From Blepharisma stoltei ATCC 30299 (lineage: Eukaryota; Protista; Ciliophora): DNA of 64,000 bases. The notes under the pieces were generated by a model, which saw nothing but the letters and a program-made list of their open reading frames with translations, had not been told where the DNA came from and made no database searches. Within the stretch, counting starts at the first letter, position 1. Each line of letters starts with the position of its first letter. This document shows positions 57,308 to 64,000 of the stretch, piece by piece. Both the position numbers and the translations under genes were made by a program. The DNA is taken from NCBI GenBank assembly GCA_965603825.1, contig CBFDEM010000044.1:434001-498000 (forward strand), written 5' to 3'.

Positions 57308-59632
57308 ATGTCAAGGAGTGAAAATATCAACGTCTCGCTTAGATTTCGCCCGCTCAGTTCTCGCGAAATCGATGATTTCGAGACAAATATTTGGAATATT
57401 TCAAAATCAGCAGTATCACTCAAGCAAGAATATTTGCATGTCCTTGCAGAAGCCAAAAGAATTGCAAGAATTCCTAAATCCTATGCTTACAGTAAATTTC
57501 ATTTAGATTATTGTTTTTCTCCAAGAGATTCAAATCAAGCAGTTTACGAGACTGTTGGCAAAAGAGTAGTTTTAGCTTCTTTAGAAGGCTATAATGGAAC
57601 AATTTTTGCATATGGGCAAACTGGTAGTGGAAAAACCTACACCATGATGGGTAGTGAAGGCTCTGAAATGGATTCAGCAGATGAAAGAAGAAAAATGAAC
57701 TCTACCCCAGTCCCTAAAACAGACAGAAGGTCAGTTTCGCCTTTTAGAGTGAACCAGTCATTTCAAAGGATTGCTCCTATATATAAAAAGCCAACTACAG
57801 AAAAGGAAAAAGGCATAATAATTTATGCTTTAGAAGAGCTATTCTTAGGGATTAATAAAAATCCAGAGAAAACATATTTTTTGTCATGCAGCTATTTAGA
57901 GATCTATAATGAACAAGTTTATGATTTATTGACTGAGAGTTCACATTTCCAAGAAGAGCCTTTGACAATTAATGAAGACTCTGAAAAAGGGTTTTATGTG
58001 AAAGGTCTTAGTGAGCACGCAGTGAGAACAATAGAAGAAGTCAAAAGGTTCATTGAGAGAGGAGAGACAAATAGGAGATATGCAGCTACAGCTATGAATC
58101 ATCACAGCTCAAGGTCACACACTATTTTCAAGCTTAGCGTAGCTAGTGTTGCTTCAGATAGCGGAGAAAATGAAGTTGAAGAAAACAGCATCACGACTGA
58201 AAGTGTGCTAAATTTCGTAGATTTAGCTGGATCTGAAAGAGTTAACAGTGTACAAGCAGAGAATTCTTATAGCGCAGTCAGAAAAAATAGCAATGACTCT
58301 TTAGCCCTTGAAGGAAAGCACATTAATACAAGCTTGTTCTATTTATGTCAAGTTATTAACAGACTCAGTGAAAAAACAACCATTAAATCTGATAACCATA
58401 TACCTTATAGGAACTCAAACCTAACCAAAATCCTTAGATCTTCACTCGGAGGCAATGCAATTACCTGCATTATATGCACTGCAACTCCTACATTAAACCA
58501 ATTTGAAATGACTTTAAGCACCTTGAGATTCGGAGGGACTGCAAAAACTATCACAAATAACATTGAAGCCAATATTAAGAGTAACAAAAGTGCTGAGCTT
58601 ATTGAAGCTTATCAAAGAGATATAGAGCAGCTTAAAAAAGAGCTGGAAATAGCACAGCAAGGAGGACAAACTAGGTTTGAAGAAGCTATCCAAGTAAAAA
58701 CACAACTTGAAGAAAGAATTTCTAGACTAACCCAAATGCTCATAAACCAATCTCGCCAGCATGCTCCTCACAATGTTAAAAAAGAAAAAAAATCTCATGA
58801 GACTTGACTCATAAATGCTGGGGATTTATCGGCTGATAGGAGACTTGAAATTCAAAAGTTTTCGCCAAAAGATACTGATAAAGAAAATACTTTTGAGGAC
58901 CGAGGTAGGATGGCGTTCAATAGAATGAAATTGATGCATTTAGAAGCTGCTGAAAAAGATAAAGAAATTGCTGAATTAGTCGAAATGAAAGATGATTTAG
59001 TGGAATCAAAAGCAAATGTAAGAAATATTTAGCTCAAAAATGATTTAAAAAAAGCACTAACACTGTGTAAAGATTTATCAGACAAGAAACAAAGTTATAA
59101 AGCAAAATGCAAAAAATTCAAAGAAAAACAAAAAATGTTGACACAAAAGCTAAGCTTGCTTGAGGTTCAGCAAGGGCTTGACAAGCTATCTTCAGAGCAG
59201 CTCCAAAAATTGGAGAGTTTTTATTTTTGCGCCTTGGATTCAGTCAAAAATGCAAAATTTAGAAGAAAATATGAAAGCCAATTGAGTATGATGAATCAGC
59301 ATGACTCAGGAATGGAATATAGCCCTCATAGTGACCACAGCAAATTTTTAGACGAACTTGGGCTCAACGAAGAAGCCTCAGTTTCAAAAACTGAGTCTGA
59401 CCCGTCTTTTGAGTTTAAAGGGTCTTTCTACAGGAGTAGAACGGGAAATGACAGCAGCTTTGCTTCAACTGCCCAAGACATGAGCACTATGCTGTTACTA
59501 AATTTATTAGACAATGAGTATGAAGACAGCAGATCTCCAGTCAAACAAAGAAACATCTACGGGACCCACAACTTAAAAAGCCCTCTGAAAATTATATCTG
59601 AAAGCCAAGAAAGTCTTGTGAAAAATAAATAA
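57308..59632 (+). CDS. Kinesin motor protein (kinesin-7/CENP-E-like)
   Basis: GQTGSGKT, SSRSH, DLAGSE, HIPYRNSNLT; introns 57492-57506 (stop-less) and 59018-59032; TGA 58805-58807. Confidence 0.9.
57492..57506 (+). other. 15-nt stop-less intron inside kinesin motor domain
   Basis: gtaaatttcAtttag; removal converts 'YAYSKFHLDYCF' to 'YAYNYCF'. Confidence 0.75.
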
Positions 59633-59680
59633 TCATTTGAATTTAATCGCATTTTTTAGTCAATTATTTATTGTCATTTT

Positions 59681-61183
59681 TTAAATTCTATTACTAGGCT
59701 GATTAGTCGTGTTAACAGTAGCCAGCATCAACTGAGTAAACTCATCTAGATCGATTTCTCCGTCACCGTTCTTGTCTGCGTCCATTATCATTCTCATAAA
59801 AACTGTCTCGTTTTCCTCTGTCCCTCCAAGTGCTTGTTTAAGCTCATCCAAAGAGATTTTCCCATTCCCATCTTTGTCAAAAATCTTAAATGCGGTTTGC
59901 AAACGCTCCCTGCTCAAAGCAGTGCTTCAATTAGTAGCTGCAGTTAAAAATTCAGTATAATCTACATAGCCATTCCCATCTGCGTCACATTGGTTCATAA
60001 GTTCATCTACGTCGACCCCAGAAAACATAGGGAACTTTGAAAACCCTTTTACAAGCTCTTCTCTGCTGAGTTTTCCATCACCATTTTCATCAATTTCTTG
60101 GAAAATGTCCCTTAAGTTAGCTAGTTCGTCACCAGAAACAATTTGGCTTACAATGAACGTCATGGTCGCTCTTTGAAGCCGGTTTTGGATGTTAAAGTTT
60201 GATAAATGCTGCAATGACTCCTTTGCTATTGGTTGGTCTGGAACACGATTGTGAGCTCTGCTTTGTATCCAGGAATGGTTAAAAACTTCACCTACGTCGA
60301 TTCTTTTTTCAGGGTTTTTGTTAAGCATCAATTTTATTAAATCTTTGGCCTCTTTTGAAATGAAGTTCCAGCGAGATGAGCTGAATGATAAAGGCCGCTT
60401 AAGAATATTCGCATAAATGGCGTCATCATCTGGACCGTTAAAAGGAGGAGTCCCTGAAAGCATTATATAAAGAATAACACCTAAGCTCCAAACGTCGCAT
60501 TTTTGGTCATAGCTGCCGTTGATGACTTCAGGAGCCACATAGTACGACGTTCCTATAAATTTTTTCATTTTCTTTCCTTTATTGAATTCTTGAGACGTCC
60601 CAAAATCAATTAGTTTTAATCTCGCAGTTGGCGTCTTATTTTCCAACAGCAAGTTTTCTGGCTTTAAATCGCGATGAACAATGCCAGCCTCATGGCAATA
60701 TTTAATGGCAGAGGTGATGTCAAACATATACTTCGCTGCTTGGTTCTCAGAAAAATAGTCCAGCTCTTTGATTCTGTCAAACAATTCTCCTCCTGTACAT
60801 AGCTCAGTGACCATTGAAAGATATTTTTCGTCTTGGTAGACTTCGAATATTTTGATAATATTAGGATGGTCAAGCTTTTTTAATATATTCACTTCCTCCA
60901 TCAATTGAGCAATCTTGGATTTATCAATTGAAGAAAGAGGAATAAATTTAATAGCCCGCTCTAGTTTGGTCTCTTTGTGCCTGCCAAGTTTGACTTGACC
61001 AAAGCCTCCATCTCCGATGGCTCTTACAATCTCGTATTTATCAGCCACACTTCCCTTGATTAATTGAACCAGATTGCTTGTGCTGACTGAAAATTTTCTG
61101 TCTTTAAGATTTTTGCCGCTTTTTGGCTCATTATTGCTACCTTTATGTTTAGGGGATTTTGAAGTTGCGCAGCAAGCACCCAT
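59681..61183 (-). CDS. Calcium-dependent protein kinase (CDPK)
   Basis: MGACC acylation motif, kinase domain, four EF hands; TGA=Trp at 59927-59929 joins the two ORFs. Confidence 0.95.
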
Positions 61184-61693
61184 TTATATGCAGTTATATG
61201 ATTATATTTAGCCACTCATGATAAAATAAAATAAGCCAACTGATCTTATCTTGCCAAAAAATATAAATCTTAAGTTTTCATTGGCTTGATAAGTTGATTT
61301 TTAAGGGTATTTTACCCGTTTACTGAAGATTAAGCATTACTACTAGTTGGAGATCAAAAAAGGCATTCAATAATTATGCCTCAAGAATATGTAAAATTAA
61401 TATCCTTACTCTCTCTGGTTGAAAAGAAAAATACTCCTTTTACGATTATGGCTTTCTTGAGCCAAAGCTGAAGAAAAAATTAGAGCCAGAGAGAAAAAAC
61501 TACCAAGGTTATTGATAATAATAAAAATGAATTAAATTGAAATTATCTGTGACATAAGCTGCCCTTATTTCTTGAAAATATTAGCAGAGAAAAACACAGT
61601 CTTTGCAAATTTATGATTTAAAAGCAAACTTACAAACACTGTAGGTATGATTTTAATAAATTGCATCAATTAATTTTAATATAAATTTTATTA

Positions 61694-62416
61694 ATGGAAG
61701 AAGAAGATTCGACTGGGAAAAAGCAGGATTTTCTTGCCCTCACCAAAGACTTATTATCAAGAATTGAATCATTGTCAAATAAATCAGAAAATCTTTCCTC
61801 AGATCGAATTTCTTATATGGATTTGAAGAGTAATCTTCTGCTAGATTACTGCATCAATTACGCACACAATCTTTATCTTAACACAAAAGAGCAATCTAGT
61901 CCAGAAAAAGTGAAGCATTTGGTCAAGCTTAAATGTTTGATGGAAAGAATTAAGCCGCTTGATATAAAAGTCCAATACCAGCTTGACAAAATTTCACAAG
62001 GAAATTTAGACTCAGAATTAAAGTTTAAACCAAACCCGAAAGAAATGGACTCACAGCTGCATATAACAGAAAAAAGCGACGTATATAAAGCACCGAAGTT
62101 CCAAGCTGCAATTTATGAAGAAAAAGGAGGAAAAGAAGAAAGGGACGAAAAAAGATTGAAAGAAAAACTCAAGCGCTCTTATTTGATACAAAGCTTGAAA
62201 GAAGAAATTGGAGATGAGCCTGTAGAAATAAAGACTGGAAGAAGCAAAAGACTGAGAGAAATAGAAGAAGCACAGCAGGAGTATGAAGAAGAAAACTTCA
62301 CAAGAGTGCAGATAACCAAGAAGGAGAGAATTTTGAGAAAGAAATTGCAAAAGAAGGATGAGGAAGAAGAAGAAAATATTTCTGGGTTTATGAGACTGCT
62401 CAACAAAAAGCATTAA
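61694..62416 (+). CDS. NGDN: Neuroguidin/Lcp5 (Sas10/Utp3/C1D family)
   Basis: 'ISYMDLKSNLLLDY', 'MERIKPLDIKVQYQLDK', 'VYKAPK', 'YEEENFTR'. Confidence 0.85.
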   Translation: MEEEDSTGKKQDFLALTKDLLSRIESLSNKSENLSSDRISYMDLKSNLLLDYCINYAHNLYLNTKEQSSPEKVKHLVKLKCLMERIKPLDIKVQYQLDKISQGNLDSELKFKPNPKEMDSQLHITEKSDVYKAPKFQAAIYEEKGGKEERDEKRLKEKLKRSYLIQSLKEEIGDEPVEIKTGRSKRLREIEEAQQEYEEENFTRVQITKKERILRKKLQKKDEEEEENISGFMRLLNKKH

Positions 62417-62572
62417 AATTTTGATAAATACCCTTTATCATTAATAGTGAGTATTTATTAAAAAATAGCCATAGTATATTAGGCTGAATTAGTCATTTAA
62501 TATCGATTTTTTTCATATTATCTAAAAAAATTGATTGAATATTTTTGAATGAAGTAACTTAAATTACAAATA

Positions 62573-63340
62573 ATGGAAGGCACTTCGCCACTCATATATA
62601 CAACTAACACATCAACTGAGTTTTCAGATCCTTTGTCTCCTTTTAACTATATCCAGCCTGACTCTAGTCCTGAGCCAAAAGTAAATATTTCAATCGAAAG
62701 GCAAAATTCCAAAAATCGGCCAGCAAGCAAAACTCCAGTCGTTAGAGTTCATCTATCTCTCGCACTCAAAGAAAATTTAACAAATCAGACTAAAGCAATA
62801 GAGAAAAACCCCGAAGAAAAAGAAAAAACTGAGAATCTTCAAGATAATTCTGGAGCATCAATACCGACCCAGCATTCAGAAGAAAAGTCATCAAAGACTG
62901 AAGATTTAAATTCTGAACTGAAGAAGGATAAAGCTAGAAGTTTTATAAAAACTGGCAACGGGAAGCCTCATCAAAGATGTGGAAGCCAAGATTCTTCAAA
63001 GCAAGAAAGTAACTCAAATTATATCGTTCCTTCTGCAAAGAAAGTGAAAAAGTTTAATATCATTAGCAGGGTTAAAGCTGGAAAAAATCTAGAAACTTCG
63101 ACAAGTTCATCGTGAAAAACTTCAAATTTTAATCTTGGTGCAAGGAAGACCCAACTTCTAGAATATTCAAGTCATGATACTGATTATTTCTCTAAAGGAA
63201 ATGTTTCTATGCCGAGCAAAAGTTTATTTAAAAATTCAGAGTATAAAAGTCTCTCACCGTATAGCGTTTCTTTAACATTCAAATATCAGATTCCAAAAAA
63301 TTCCAATAAGGCTGACGAAGAAGCCCAGGAAATACAATAG
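62573..63340 (+). CDS. Hypothetical disordered protein
   Basis: Frame continues through TGA 63113-63115 to TAG 63338-63340. Confidence 0.6.
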
Positions 63341-63561
63341 TGTATAAATAATAATCTAATTTCTTATTTAACCATTATAAAAAGAAGCATTGAGCTAATT
63401 CTCTGTTATCCCATTAATAGGTATTTTATGTCTTTTGGCATCCTTTATCGCTTGCATGGTATCGAATTCTAAAAGTAATCTAACCTAATAAATTTAATTT
63501 AAAGATATTAATAAGCATAATTTCAACGTTAATATTATAGTTAACTGAAATAAATTTAAAA

Positions 63562-63888
63562 ATGAGATACGCATTTGTTCTAGCACTATTGATTATTTCA
63601 CTTATTCGTGGAGAGAGTGAACTGGATACATTTCTGTCAGATAATATAGAAGAAGAAAATAGTATAGATGCTATTATTAGCCAGCTTGAAATAGTAAATA
63701 ACTATTCCTCTGGAGATTCAATATTTTTAACTGTTTTGGGATCAGATGAAGATGAAGAAATCAAAACAGGAGATGAGCTAGGAATAAGAGCAGGTGGCGA
63801 ACCACCTCTAAAAACAGGTGAAAAGGCTGGCAATACAATTGTCGCGTCCACCAAAATGAGATTTAAAATTCCAGATATGAACGCCTAA
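63562..63888 (+). CDS. Small secreted acidic protein
   Basis: Signal peptide MRYAFVLALLIISLIRG; acidic body; no Cys. Confidence 0.65.
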   Translation: MRYAFVLALLIISLIRGESELDTFLSDNIEEENSIDAIISQLEIVNNYSSGDSIFLTVLGSDEDEEIKTGDELGIRAGGEPPLKTGEKAGNTIVASTKMRFKIPDMNA

Positions 63889-64000
63889 TAAGTTAAATTT
63901 TTTATTTTATTTTACTTAAAATGCAAACTTATACCGATAATGCAAAAAATGTAGCTTTGAGGCAGCAACCACAGCTACATGAGGACCATACACGCTTTCT

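Noticed and set aside
22526-59632. Functional cluster of endolysosomal/motor genes (HOOK, DCTN3, BORCS8, kinesins, V-ATPase C and f)
   Set aside because: Scattered over 37 kb among unrelated genes; consistent with chance
61830-61844. gtaatcttctgctag as a 15-nt intron in neuroguidin
   Set aside because: Lacks A10 and encodes the conserved 'NLLL' segment
1-64000. Widespread pseudogenisation suggested by fragmented ORFs
   Set aside because: The breaks I traced are explained by TGA=Trp or consensus 15/16-nt introns, and catalytic motifs are intact
1-64000. UGA as selenocysteine or programmed readthrough
   Set aside because: TGA sits at conserved Trp rather than Cys positions, in many unrelated genes
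63921-64000. Partial CDS at the window end
   Set aside because: Open frames exist on both strands; too short to assign
1-64000. Retained IESs, transposons, telomeric repeats, tRNA/rRNA, CRISPR
   Set aside because: No transposase ORF, terminal inverted repeats, C4A2 repeats or RNA-gene signatures recognised by eye; IESs within intergenic DNA cannot be excluded without read data

Overview
Gene-dense, AT-rich eukaryotic DNA from a heterotrich ciliate macronuclear genome, most likely Blepharisma. Two sequence-level rules explain why the ORF track is fragmented. (1) UGA is read as Trp, and only UAA/UAG end genes. (2) Genes carry tiny 15-16 nt GT..AG introns with an A at position 10. I located 27 by hand, plus one further stop-less candidate. 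Re-reading with these rules gives about 45 protein-coding genes, some separated by only 0-45 bp. They include a CTL transporter, LITAF, an RNF5-like E3, a CDF zinc transporter, an AMPK-like kinase, an ERD2-like protein, a TmcB/C-like PAS membrane protein, an RCC1-repeat protein, MIC10, HOOK, URM1 (absent from the ORF track), TCAIM-like, HSP110, PP4R4-like plus PP4C, DCTN3, a transmembrane eIF2-alpha kinase, RNASEK, FHA-RINGv, LNR-TM-RING, two kinesins, RPS15, BORCS8, SPX-EXS, eIF4A, V-ATPase C, a CDPK and neuroguidin. The most notable items are a single-chain UBA + Cys/His cluster + mono-ADP-ribosyltransferase + UBE2Q-type E2 fusion, a 16-nt intron splitting the AMPK-like ATG (retention gives ATG-TAA), convergent genes with abutting stop codons, and apparent UGA avoidance in housekeeping genes. 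No rRNA, tRNA, CRISPR or transposon was recognised. Family calls come from motif recognition by eye, not database searches.
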